NCBI GenBank assembly: GCA_050250255.1
Contig: JBFWOZ010000007.1
Span: 1 to 64,000 of the forward strand
Reading direction: 5' to 3'
Origin: Bdellovibrionales bacterium
Lineage (GTDB): Bacteria > Bdellovibrionota > Bdellovibrionia > Bdellovibrionales > DASUEL01
DNA length: 64,000 nt
Position 1 is the first letter of the stretch; each line of letters starts with the position of its first letter. The notes under the pieces were generated by a model. It was not told where the DNA came from. It made no database searches and was given only the letters and a program-made list of their open reading frames with translations. Below are positions 17,039 through 26,700 of the stretch, one piece after another. Made by a program: the position numbers and the translations under genes.

Positions 17039-19611
17039 AATTGATTTTAAGGTTGGCCTGGAGAGAAATCAGGTCACAACCCAAATTCACTCTTTTTTTC
17101 GTCCTCAACATCGCATTTGGTATGTTGGGATTTTTTTCGCTCCTGTTATTAAAACAATCCATGGAAGAGGCGATTGAAACTCAATCACGGGCGATGTTAT
17201 CTGCAGACATCAGTGTTTCTGGCCGACGTGCTATCACCGAGGAAGAAGAAAAAAAGTTTGTCACGGTGATTGAAAAATTAGATCAAGGGTATGAACCGCA
17301 AAGGCGTACCGATATCGTTGAAATGTTTTCGATGTTAGCCAGTGACTCAGAGAAACAAAAAAAATCTTTACTCGTACAAGTCAAAAGTATTCAAGAGGGT
17401 TTTCCGCTTTTTGGAAGTGTACAATTAGAAAAATTTGGATTGTTGAGTTCGGGAAAAAGACCTGCACATCTTGGAACCTACCCACCCATGTGGGTGTATC
17501 CAGAGATTTTGCCTCAGCTGGGTTTAAAGTTGAATGAACTTGTGCGTTTGGGAGAGCAAACATTTCAGGTGTCGGATCTGGTGCAGAAGGATATCGGTAC
17601 GGCATTTCGTCTTCTCTCGCTAGCTCCAAAAGTTTATATTCAAAGTCAGGATTTAGAGCGCACTGGTCTTATTCGATTTGGTACCACAAGTACTAGTACT
17701 CTCTTTTACATTTTAAAATCTGCACCCGCGGAGTTAGTGGAAAACGAATTGCAAAAAGTTTTGCTTGATCCAGGGCTCGATGTGCGAAGTCACAAGACGG
17801 CGAGTGAGCAGATGAATCGTCTCATCAGCTATTTAAGCGATTATTTAGCGCTTGCGGCCGTTGTGGGTCTTTGCCTCTCGTCGCTCGGAACAGGTTTTCT
17901 TTTCCGTAATTATATAAATAAACGCTTCAAGGATATCGGAATTTTTATTTCTTTAGGGCTATCGCGCTCAAAAAGTGCTTTGGTTTTTGTCGCCGTTGCT
18001 TTTTTGTTGAGTTTAGCAGCGCTACTGCTGAGTACGATATTTTCCATCACAGTGAGCCCGTTTTTACTTAATCTTGTAAAGGCCTTTACGCCTTTTGATC
18101 TTCATTTTAGTTTTGCTTTTGAGAATGTGTTTTTTTTCTTTCTTTTTTGTTTCGTGACTGTGGCTCTCTCCTGCGCTCCGGTTATTCTTAAAATACAGGA
18201 TTTAAAACCTTCGGGTCTTTTTCGTGAGCATGAATATGCAACGATGTCTCACAGCCTTAAGCCATGGTTGGTATTTCCTATTGCTTTGGCCGTTTTATGG
18301 GCCGTGGCCATTTGGCAAACACAATCTCCTCGTGTGGGAAGCATTTTTGTTGCAAGTTTCTTAGGCTCCTTTTTGCTGATTTATTTTTTCGCTCGATGTT
18401 TATTTTATCTTATCGCACGCCTCCCTCAGCCACATAATATTCAATGGAAAATCGCTTTCCGAAATATTGTTCGCATGGGGCCGGGAGTGCTCGAAAGTTT
18501 TTTATGTTTAAGCTTAGGATGTCTTCTCATGAATCTTATTCCGCAACTGCAAACCAGTATCCGCTCTGAAATTACGCAGCCGGAAAGCTTAAGCTTACCG
18601 AGTTTTTTTCTTTTTGATATTCAGCCAGAGCAAGTTGAGCCTCTCCAACAATTAGCAAAAAAGCATCAGTTTCAACTAGAGGCACTCTCACCACTCGTGA
18701 GAGCGAGGCTTGCGGCCATCAACAATCAAACTTTTCAAAAATCAGAAGAGAACGAAACGGGGCAGTCTCGCGAAGAGCAGCGAAACAATAACTTTAGAAA
18801 TCGTGGTTACAATCTCACGTATCGTGAATCCCTCAACTCGAGCGAAGTGATCATTGCGGGGCGTCCGTTCAGTACCCAAAAAGAGAAGGAGGCGGAGATC
18901 TCTGTGGAGAAAGATTTCGCAAGCAGACTGAATCTTAAGCTTGGGGATAAGTTGAGTTTTGATATTCAGGGTGTTCCTATTGAAGGAAAAATCGTAAACC
19001 TGAGACGGGTAAAGTGGAACAGTTTTCAACCCAATTTCTTCGTTGTTTTTCAATCTGGTGTGTTGGAAGAAGCGCCGAAGACATTTCTTGCGTCGATTCC
19101 GAGTCTCCCTCGCGTGCAGAGAGGTGTGCTTCAATCAGAACTGGTCTCGCAGTTCTCTAACGTTTCTATCATTGATGTAGAGAGAGCTATTCAACAAATT
19201 TTGGAACTCACAGAGCAGATGTCGTGGGCGCTCTTTTTTATGGCAGGTCTTTGTATTCTTTCGGGGCTTGTCGTGCTTTATTCGGTGGCCAATTTGCAGG
19301 CTTACAACCGACGCTGGGACTACACGATGTTAAAAATCTTAGGTAGTAAGTTGAGTGATCTTCGCAAGAGCGTGCTGGTGGAGTATGGAGGCATGGCTTT
19401 CCTTGCGGCCCTCATTGGTGCAAGTATTAGTCTGCTTATGAGCTACGTACTGTCGATTTATATTTTTGATGGATCTTTTGAATGGAATACCTGGTCTTTT
19501 GTCCTGTCGATAGCCGCAGTCATTGTACTGAGCCTGTTGGTGGTGTGGATTGCTACCTATGTTTATTTGAAGGAAAAGCCAGGTCGCTATTTATTCAACC
19601 GAGATCTTTGA
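17035..19611 (+). CDS. ybbP: FtsX-like ABC permease (YbbP type)
   Basis: ATGA overlap; PSFFLFDIQPEQ, RRVKWNSFQPNFF; two TM clusters. Confidence 0.88.
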   Translation: MKLILRLAWREIRSQPKFTLFFVLNIAFGMLGFFSLLLLKQSMEEAIETQSRAMLSADISVSGRRAITEEEEKKFVTVIEKLDQGYEPQRRTDIVEMFSMLASDSEKQKKSLLVQVKSIQEGFPLFGSVQLEKFGLLSSGKRPAHLGTYPPMWVYPEILPQLGLKLNELVRLGEQTFQVSDLVQKDIGTAFRLLSLAPKVYIQSQDLERTGLIRFGTTSTSTLFYILKSAPAELVENELQKVLLDPGLDVRSHKTASEQMNRLISYLSDYLALAAVVGLCLSSLGTGFLFRNYINKRFKDIGIFISLGLSRSKSALVFVAVAFLLSLAALLLSTIFSITVSPFLLNLVKAFTPFDLHFSFAFENVFFFFLFCFVTVALSCAPVILKIQDLKPSGLFREHEYATMSHSLKPWLVFPIALAVLWAVAIWQTQSPRVGSIFVASFLGSFLLIYFFARCLFYLIARLPQPHNIQWKIAFRNIVRMGPGVLESFLCLSLGCLLMNLIPQLQTSIRSEITQPESLSLPSFFLFDIQPEQVEPLQQLAKKHQFQLEALSPLVRARLAAINNQTFQKSEENETGQSREEQRNNNFRNRGYNLTYRESLNSSEVIIAGRPFSTQKEKEAEISVEKDFASRLNLKLGDKLSFDIQGVPIEGKIVNLRRVKWNSFQPNFFVVFQSGVLEEAPKTFLASIPSLPRVQRGVLQSELVSQFSNVSIIDVERAIQQILELTEQMSWALFFMAGLCILSGLVVLYSVANLQAYNRRWDYTMLKILGSKLSDLRKSVLVEYGGMAFLAALIGASISLLMSYVLSIYIFDGSFEWNTWSFVLSIAAVIVLSLLVVWIATYVYLKEKPGRYLFNRDL

Positions 19612-19800
19612 GTATGCAGGGCGTGTCCATACTTAGATTTTGGCTGCAAAAGTCATCTTCCTTCGCAGAAAATTGCTGCTCGTCTGCGATTTTCTGCGAC
19701 TTGGCTACGGCCAAGCCTCAAAAATCTTGTCTGCGCCTCAATTTTCTACTCGAAATCTGAACTTTTTCGCTTCAAAATCTAAGTATGGACACGCCCTAGG

Positions 19801-20418
19801 ATGGAAATTACCTATTTTGATAACTACGAAGCTTTAAGTGCATCGGCGAATGAATGGTGTCGTGAAAAAATTCAGACCCACAAAGCGAAGAGTCTTTACG
19901 TTCCCGCTGGCCAAACACCTATTGGCCTTTATCATCTTTGGGAAGAGACAAAACCAAATTTTTTAAAGTCCATTCAGCTCATTCAGATTGATGAAGTGAT
20001 TCAAGGGAACAAAAAAGATCTCTTCAAAAGTTTCTTTGAACAAGAGCTTCCTTCTTTTAAAAAACAAATTGAGTTTATAAAAGACAAACCACATTATGCG
20101 GATCTAGGCGTTCTTGGTTTGGGTACTAATGGACATGTGGCTTTTCATGAGCCGAGTGTGGACCCGGCCTTTTCTTTTGGGTATGTGGACCTCTCTGAAT
20201 CTACCAAAAAACATTTGGGAATTGAGGGCACTGCCGAGGCTGTTTCCTACGGGGTGGGGGCCTTTCTCAGGACTAAGGCACTTCTCCTTCTCATTAGCGG
20301 TAAAAACAAGAAACTTATTTTTGATCGTTTAATAGCAGGGGAAGACAATATCCCGGCTGTTTGGCTGACCTCCCATGAACGCTTGGATGTCTATGTAGAC
20401 CAGAGTTCCATCACTTAA
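19801..20418 (+). CDS. Glucosamine-6-phosphate deaminase/6-phosphogluconolactonase family (short form)
   Basis: PAGQTP, QIDE, LGLGTNGHVAFHEP. Confidence 0.82.
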   Translation: MEITYFDNYEALSASANEWCREKIQTHKAKSLYVPAGQTPIGLYHLWEETKPNFLKSIQLIQIDEVIQGNKKDLFKSFFEQELPSFKKQIEFIKDKPHYADLGVLGLGTNGHVAFHEPSVDPAFSFGYVDLSESTKKHLGIEGTAEAVSYGVGAFLRTKALLLLISGKNKKLIFDRLIAGEDNIPAVWLTSHERLDVYVDQSSIT

Positions 20419-20674
20419 ATATTGGAATTCTCAAGCAAAAAGGGCCCTTTCTCCTTCCTTAAAGGATCCCCCATAGAGGAAGTGTGTTTTCATTAGGCTT
20501 TCGTGAAGAAATGGTGCCGATTGAAAAAAAAGTTTCCTGACTTAGGGGGTTATGGTACATCATTTTCAAGTAAACAGTCCGCGCGGGTCCGGTAGATGGC
20601 TACTCAGTTCCTTAAGCGGCTACGTAGGGTCGAGAGTGATGCACTCTATGATCTAGGATATGAGGAGGCTACAC

Positions 20675-21028
20675 ATGGGTAAAAAACTATACATCGGAAA
20701 TCTTCCGTTCTCGGTGAATGATGCAAGCTTACAGGAGCATTTTTCACAGGTTGGACAAGTTGAATCTGCAAAGGTCATCACTGACCGTGATTCTGGTCGA
20801 AGCAAAGGTTTTGGATTTGTAGAAATGGGTTCTGATTCTGAAGCAGCTGATGCTGTTACAAAATTCAACGGAACAGAATTCCAAGGTCGAACAATGACAG
20901 TTGCGGAAGCACGTCCACAAGCTCCACGTGAAGGCGGCGGCGGCGGATTCCGTGGCGGTGGCGGCGGACGCGGCGGTGGCGGCGGACGTGGCGGCGGTGG
21001 CGGCGGCGGTTGGAACAGAGACCGATAG
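20675..21028 (+). CDS. RRM RNA-binding protein with Gly-rich tail
   Basis: RNP2 LYIGNL, RNP1 KGFGFVEM; GAGGAGG SD. Confidence 0.95.
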   Translation: MGKKLYIGNLPFSVNDASLQEHFSQVGQVESAKVITDRDSGRSKGFGFVEMGSDSEAADAVTKFNGTEFQGRTMTVAEARPQAPREGGGGGFRGGGGGRGGGGGRGGGGGGGWNRDR

Positions 21029-21058
21029 TCCACAGTTTAAAAATAAAGCTAATAAGAG

Positions 21059-21087
21059 AAAAGGGTATCGCAAGGTGCCCTTTTTTT
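21059..21087 (+). terminator. Intrinsic terminator, possibly bidirectional
   Basis: AAAAGGGTATC-GCAA-GGTGCCCTTTTTTT between convergent genes. Confidence 0.8.
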
Positions 21088-22438
21088 ATTGATTGAATTG
21101 GGAAATGGCTTGAGTGGCTTTGAAAAGATTCAGTCGACCGTTACTCATGCTCTTGTCTTTTAAGGCCTCAATGGCATCTACGTTTTGTAAAAGAATTTTT
21201 TTAAGAGACAAGCTCGCTTCTTTAGGAGAGCTTTTGTAATAGTCGTTAAAAGTTCGGTTTGCAGCGCTGTGAAGAAGCGCAACGGCACCCGCCACGTAAG
21301 GAGTAGCCATAGAAGTTCCGGTCATCTTCATAATGCTCTGACCGGGCACTGTCGAGAGGACATCCGTTCCTGGAGCGCCAAGATCGATGCTCTTTATTCC
21401 ATAACCTGAAGAGGTATTGAGACGATCGAGTTCGTCGGTATTTGTAACCGCGATTAAGCTTTCGCTTTCACATCCTGTTGGAACATCTCCTCTTGCATCC
21501 ACATCGATATTGCGATTGATGGTGGCAGCGACAGAGAGAATGCCATAGTTCCCCATCAAATTATAAATATCATTCCATGGTTTATATTCATTGGACTTAC
21601 AATCTGCAAAGTCGACACCGAAGCTCGAGTTTGTGGCGACAACATTGGCGCCTTTCATACCTCTGGATTCTAGCCAGATTTTTTTCTGAACAAGTACGTA
21701 GTTATAGGCCTTTAAAACGGTAGAGGTTTTTCCTGAAGCTCCAACAACCGACATAATTTTTACTTGATGATTCACGCCGCACACTTGAATCTGATTGTTT
21801 CCTCGTGCTCCTACAATTCCTGCAACATGGGTTGCGTGTGCATCACGAGGGAGTTTACCGCTGTCATCAAACGCGTTCCAACCATTTACGTCGTCGATGT
21901 ATCCATTACCATCATCGTCTTTACCATTGGCTGCAATTTCTGTTTTGTTCACCCAAATATTTTCTCGAAGGTCTTCATGGAGAATATCAATTCCACCATC
22001 TACAACGGCAACGACGATATCGCTGCCCGAGACATCCTGACCACCCTTTGAATAGTTCCAAGCCTCTGTCGCTTTGATGTCGGCATTGGGGGTTACAGTA
22101 TTCTTCAATGGCCATTGCAATTTAAAATCTGGATCGTTCGGCATATCTCGGAGCGACACCTCGTAATCGGGCACCGCGTACTCTACGCTTTTAATTTCTC
22201 GAAGTTGTCTGAGTGTTTCACCGATAGAGACATTATTTTTTTTGTAGCCCAAATAAATACCAAGTGCGGGTACAAGCTCTTCCGTGTGAGTCACGGCGTT
22301 GAGAAGATTGGTCTCTTTTATTGCAATAGAATTTTTCAACCGAAAAATCACTTGCTCAGAAGAGAATTCAGCCGCTTTAGAATTTTGAGTGAATAAAAAA
22401 AGACAGAGAGACAGTGGCCAGCAAAGAGTCGTTTTCAC
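21086..22438 (-). CDS. Secreted S8 subtilisin-like serine protease
   Basis: VAVVDGG, HATHVAG, GTSMATP catalytic triad motifs; signal peptide. Confidence 0.95.
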   Translation of the reverse strand: MKTTLCWPLSLCLFLFTQNSKAAEFSSEQVIFRLKNSIAIKETNLLNAVTHTEELVPALGIYLGYKKNNVSIGETLRQLREIKSVEYAVPDYEVSLRDMPNDPDFKLQWPLKNTVTPNADIKATEAWNYSKGGQDVSGSDIVVAVVDGGIDILHEDLRENIWVNKTEIAANGKDDDGNGYIDDVNGWNAFDDSGKLPRDAHATHVAGIVGARGNNQIQVCGVNHQVKIMSVVGASGKTSTVLKAYNYVLVQKKIWLESRGMKGANVVATNSSFGVDFADCKSNEYKPWNDIYNLMGNYGILSVAATINRNIDVDARGDVPTGCESESLIAVTNTDELDRLNTSSGYGIKSIDLGAPGTDVLSTVPGQSIMKMTGTSMATPYVAGAVALLHSAANRTFNDYYKSSPKEASLSLKKILLQNVDAIEALKDKSMSNGRLNLFKATQAISQFNQ

Positions 22439-22572
22439 AAATTCCCCCTAGGAAAAGACTCTTTCAGTGTAAGTCGAAGGGGAGGGATTTCCCTAAGGTA
22501 GCGAGGGCTGGCTCTTCTGTTTCCAGACAAGAGTCAGGAGACTTTATTGCTCCATCAAGCCCTTTGTACGGC

Positions 22573-23451
22573 CTAGAACATGTCATCCACGGCACATGGA
22601 TTTTCTATCTCTCGAAGGAGGAAGTTCTTTGTGTCGAGAGGTTTCCAACCGCGCCCCAAAAGCTCATTGTACTTAGACTGAGGGACAGATGGGACTTGAG
22701 TCGAATCAAAGAAATCTGTGTTCGTGGTGTAGCCATTAAGAGGATCCATGACATCGGCAGGGTTTGTGGGCCAAGGTCTCCACATCAAAACCATAGAAAT
22801 GTGCATGCGAGGTCCTTGGTAGTATTGTAGCTTCATAGGTAAGCGAGTCGTGCGATCAAAATGTACGGCCTGTGTGGCGACTTGGAAGCGCGTAGGATGA
22901 TCGTTTTCGTTTTCAATCAAAGTTTGAAACGGAACGTTGCTGTCAGGTTGGAGGCTAAGAGTTGCTCCATCATCTGAGAGGATAGCGAATTGATAATCAC
23001 CGATGTGCGTATCGGAAGCATTTAACATCAACGTACTTTCGAGTTGTAAACCAAAGTATTCGTAGAGCGTGTCCCCGGTATTTGTTTTAAGGGTGACGCC
23101 CTCTTGTGTGGTAAACCCTAGGTCAAAGGCGCGCGTCGGAACAAAGAGTCGACTTAAAAATAAGGTGACTCGATCTACAAGAACTCCATGGTTGATGTAG
23201 TCTGATGAACGATTGTAGCGAGGCATATCGTCGGTGAGGTAATAGAATTTTCCCGTTAAACCATTTTGACGGTAGACGAGTTCATCGTTACTAAAGGGAT
23301 CACAAACAACCGGCTCTACAGGCGGATTGATCTCGAGCTTCATCCCTTCGCTACTTTGTCCAGAGCCATTATCTTGGCCGGGCTGGCAGGCCAACTGCGA
23401 GACAGAAATAATAAGACCGTAAAGTATTATGCTTATTCTTTTTATCGCCAT
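22573..23451 (-). CDS. PA14-domain lipoprotein
   Basis: Lipobox QLAC; YQFAILSDDGA, LQYYQGP. Confidence 0.8.
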   Translation of the reverse strand: MAIKRISIILYGLIISVSQLACQPGQDNGSGQSSEGMKLEINPPVEPVVCDPFSNDELVYRQNGLTGKFYYLTDDMPRYNRSSDYINHGVLVDRVTLFLSRLFVPTRAFDLGFTTQEGVTLKTNTGDTLYEYFGLQLESTLMLNASDTHIGDYQFAILSDDGATLSLQPDSNVPFQTLIENENDHPTRFQVATQAVHFDRTTRLPMKLQYYQGPRMHISMVLMWRPWPTNPADVMDPLNGYTTNTDFFDSTQVPSVPQSKYNELLGRGWKPLDTKNFLLREIENPCAVDDMF

Positions 23452-23657
23452 ACGTTCCTCATCAAAGTCGAATCTTGTACCTAGATATAAGAATACCGGG
23501 GAACTGGACCTTTGTGTTGTAGCAGCTTGAGACTGACTAAAAGTTTAATAATAAATTATGAAAATTTGATGAAACTTCGTACACACATTTGTGAATGCTC
23601 TTGTTTATCGGGGGCTTACGGAAAAACAAAGGGAAATATAAAATCTCAATTTGAGAG

Positions 23658-23821
23658 AGGTTGGAGGTTTGGGGTTTATCGTTTGAGGTTTGTCGTACCG
23701 TTAGAGGTTTACCGTTTGAGTTTTCGGTTGAGTACCGCCTGAGATTTAGACCTCCAACCTCCAACCTTTAAACGGTACCTCAAACCCTAAACCTCAAACG
23801 ACAAACCTCCAACCGTAAACC
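23658..23821. repeat. Inverted array of degenerate heptamer repeats
   Basis: Left arm GGTTGGA/GGTTTGG/CGTTTGA/GGTTTGT units; right arm complementary CCTCCAA/CTCAAAC/GACAAAC units. Confidence 0.8.
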
Positions 23822-24450
23822 TATGTCGTCACCAACACCGCTCTAACAGGAGAAGCATCCGCGCTAGCAATCTTCAACGGCATCGCAATCAACGTATAGT
23901 TACCAGGCTGTACATGAGCAAGAACAAGTCCTTCGAGATTCACAATTTGATTTTTCGAAATCGCTTGATGGCTTTCAAGAATTTTGTCAGCAAAAGGGTC
24001 AATGGAAGGAGTGTCGATTCCTATCAGGAGCACGTTCTTTTCGGACAAAAATTCAATCAGCTCGGGTGAAAGACTATTGAAATCTTCATTGAAATGATTG
24101 GGATCGGGAAAGGAATTTGTTTTGAGGAGTATTCTCTGCGAGGTGATGGATTCTTTTAGATCTTGAACTTGGATTCGCTTTCCTCGAGGGATATTCACTT
24201 CTAGCACCTGACAGTGACCGTAATAAGGTTCGAGCTCCATACGATCAATGCTCGGACCACTTCGTAGGTAGTGAGAGCGGGCGTCGGCATGAGCACCTAA
24301 ATGTACGGTTGTATGAATAGAACTGAGTCCAATGTTCGCGCCTTGCTCCATATCTAACGAAATGTTGCGAGTAAAAGGCGTATCGCCTGGCCAAACCGCA
24401 ATCTTTTCTGAAATGAGTGGCGAAATATCAATGAATTGGTTCTTCTTCAT
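23821..24450 (-). CDS. kynB: Cyclase family, kynurenine formamidase-like
   Basis: VWPGD, HLGAHAD metal motif, GIDTPSID, LEGL, DASPVRAVL. Confidence 0.82.
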   Translation of the reverse strand: MKKNQFIDISPLISEKIAVWPGDTPFTRNISLDMEQGANIGLSSIHTTVHLGAHADARSHYLRSGPSIDRMELEPYYGHCQVLEVNIPRGKRIQVQDLKESITSQRILLKTNSFPDPNHFNEDFNSLSPELIEFLSEKNVLLIGIDTPSIDPFADKILESHQAISKNQIVNLEGLVLAHVQPGNYTLIAMPLKIASADASPVRAVLVTT

Positions 24451-24457
24451 AATCCTC

Positions 24458-25825
24458 TTATAAGGTCGCGATCACTTTAAATTCCACAGCGATAGGCGTA
24501 GGTAAGGCGATCACCGCCAGCGTTGTACGGGTTGCTTGAATCTTCGAAAAATATTCCGCGTAAACTTTATTGAAGGTCGCAAAGTCACGATCCATATCGA
24601 TGAGATAAACGGTCACATCAAAAACTTTTTCCAGTGAAGAACCGGATTCTTCCAAAATTCGTTTTATGTTCTCGATGACCGCTCGGGTTTGTAATTCTAC
24701 GTCATACTTCTGAATATTTCCTTGAGCATCACGAACGGGGCCTCCAGGAATGGCATTTGTTTCTGGTTGTCTTGGGCCAACTCCGGAAAGAAAAAGAAGA
24801 TTCCCCACTTTACGTGCATGTGGGTAAGCCCCCACAGGCTTTGGTGCTTTCGAAGAGTGAGCGTGGACGGCGGACGAAGTGGATGTGGTTGTCTGAGTGA
24901 CCAAAGGTTGAGCTATCGTCTCAACGGGTTGAGCGGAAAGAACATTCTGATTTCCTTTGAATGTTTCCGTATCCTCTTCATCGAACTCTCTTTCCATCCC
25001 GGCTTTGTCAGAAGGAGTGAGTCCTACGAGTGCGGCACCCGTACCGTAAATAGGCTGATATTCAAACACCTTGCCTTCGTAGTGATTGTTTTGCCCCATC
25101 GCCGAAGCCAACCACCAGAGAGCTTTCATTTTTTGATCGCCATTGGCCTGAGCACTGAACTCTCTGGCTAATTGGGAGACGTCTTCAAGCCGACCATCAG
25201 CAAGAAGTTCCAAGAGTTTGCGGTTCCACTCATCATCTTTACTCGAATAAATACGATCCTCCTTAGGATTGATCTTTTTCGAGAACATGCGGTGAGAAAG
25301 AGAAGTGACCGCGATCACTACGGTTTTTTTATTTTGTGAGAGAATCGCATCACGAGTGGCTTTTCCTAAGACGAGCGTTTCGGCTCGATCCGCGTACATG
25401 TTGCACGAGAGTACGCATGCGGGAAATTTATTTTTCGGATTGAGAAGTTTTAGAGCCACGACCGTTCCGGTATCAATCGGAAAACCTTTGTAGGCGACAG
25501 TTCGTGCATGTAAGCCTCTTTTTTGTGCGGCCTTCTCAAGCTCAGAGGCGTAACTTGCATCCATCTTAAATTGGTAAGGAATTTCCCCAAGCGCATGAAA
25601 CTCTTGGTCCACATGAGTCCATTGGGGTTCAGGATCTGCTTGAATTTGATGGCCGATCACGCTTGGCCACTGCGAGCTATACACCATGATAAGATCAGGT
25701 TTGATTTCTTCTATCTCTGCGCAGACTTTTTCAAAAGATTTACGTAATGCGCCCCAACCCTCGTTTTGATCAGCGGCTAAGAGAGGATGAGGTTTTCCGG
25801 GTACGATATATCCTTTAACAATCAT
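24458..25825 (-). CDS. 2-aminophenol 1,6-dioxygenase alpha subunit fused to RidA-family (2-aminomuconate deaminase-like) domain
   Basis: N-terminal LigB-like part (YSSQW, FPIDTGT, GTGAA); C-terminal APKPVGAYPHARKVGNLLFLSG...ATRTT...LPTPIAVEFK. Confidence 0.85.
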   Translation of the reverse strand: MIVKGYIVPGKPHPLLAADQNEGWGALRKSFEKVCAEIEEIKPDLIMVYSSQWPSVIGHQIQADPEPQWTHVDQEFHALGEIPYQFKMDASYASELEKAAQKRGLHARTVAYKGFPIDTGTVVALKLLNPKNKFPACVLSCNMYADRAETLVLGKATRDAILSQNKKTVVIAVTSLSHRMFSKKINPKEDRIYSSKDDEWNRKLLELLADGRLEDVSQLAREFSAQANGDQKMKALWWLASAMGQNNHYEGKVFEYQPIYGTGAALVGLTPSDKAGMEREFDEEDTETFKGNQNVLSAQPVETIAQPLVTQTTTSTSSAVHAHSSKAPKPVGAYPHARKVGNLLFLSGVGPRQPETNAIPGGPVRDAQGNIQKYDVELQTRAVIENIKRILEESGSSLEKVFDVTVYLIDMDRDFATFNKVYAEYFSKIQATRTTLAVIALPTPIAVEFKVIATL

Positions 25826-26700
25826 GACATACTCCAGCTCACCACGGCATTGCCGGTACCAATCACGCTTCCATAGGCGTGAACCTCAGCTGGGGATTCA
25901 GGGAAGTCCATGCTGCTCAGAAGCCAGCTCAACCCGCCGGTTTTACATTCACTCACAGATTGATCAATGAAGTCGGTCATCACATCAAAGAGTTGTTTCG
26001 ACTTTCCTTTTTTCATGAGTTTTAAAACCATCATGTCCCATAGATACTGATTGTGGTTGTAGATATGTTCGTGAGTCATGTCTTCGGGGAGCGCGGGTTC
26101 TTCGGTGAAGTGGCGGTGGCTTAAAGAAGTGCTTGCGAGTAACAAAGCTCTCTTACCTGATTTTTCAACGGCCTTTCGAGTGGCTTCGCCAAGCTTTAAC
26201 ATCTCTTGTTGGCCCACATCATTACTATAGTCAAAGTAGGCGGCATTGGCAGAAATGGAAACGATAGGTTTATCGAATGTGGGGTTGATCATGTGTCCAG
26301 AAATAATAGTTCCGTAATCCACTCGGAAAGATGGATTCGTCATCAGTTCACTTTGTAAACCAACACCGACAATTTCTTTGTGTAAGAGTTTTGCAAGGTC
26401 TGTGTCGACTTTCATTTTATAATGATAACGAAACAAGTTAGGGAAGACCGGATCTACGGAGAGGCTCGACATTTCGGGAACACATAAGACGTGATGACCC
26501 GTGTGGGTAAACCAATGCGGCGTGTGTACGATGATCACATCGTAATCACTGGCATTGATAGTTTTTCGACAACGCTCGTAACCCCATCGCAATTCTTCCC
26601 AACCACATTCAGACTTAGGTTCATTTTGCGGAGGATTTTCGGCGTACACCAGATGTGGAGGATGCGGAGCTAAAACTCCCGCAACAATTTTTCCACTCAT
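25822..26700 (-). CDS. amnB: 2-aminophenol 1,6-dioxygenase beta (catalytic) subunit
   Basis: APHPPHLVYAENPPQNEP signature; H13, H62, Y129, H195 and E251 fall at the positions I recall for the Comamonas CNB-1 enzyme. Confidence 0.93.
   Translation of the reverse strand: MSGKIVAGVLAPHPPHLVYAENPPQNEPKSECGWEELRWGYERCRKTINASDYDVIIVHTPHWFTHTGHHVLCVPEMSSLSVDPVFPNLFRYHYKMKVDTDLAKLLHKEIVGVGLQSELMTNPSFRVDYGTIISGHMINPTFDKPIVSISANAAYFDYSNDVGQQEMLKLGEATRKAVEKSGKRALLLASTSLSHRHFTEEPALPEDMTHEHIYNHNQYLWDMMVLKLMKKGKSKQLFDVMTDFIDQSVSECKTGGLSWLLSSMDFPESPAEVHAYGSVIGTGNAVVSWSMS

Noticed and set aside
20930..21012. GGC/GGT microsatellite, and the Pro-rich antisense ORF 20653-21033
   Set aside because: Simply encodes the Gly-rich tail of the RRM protein; the antisense ORF is its shadow
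23512..23821. CRISPR array or short ORFs in the repeat region
   Set aside because: Units are 7 bp with no unique spacers and no cas genes; ORFs 23512-23742 and 23537-23764 are repeat-derived
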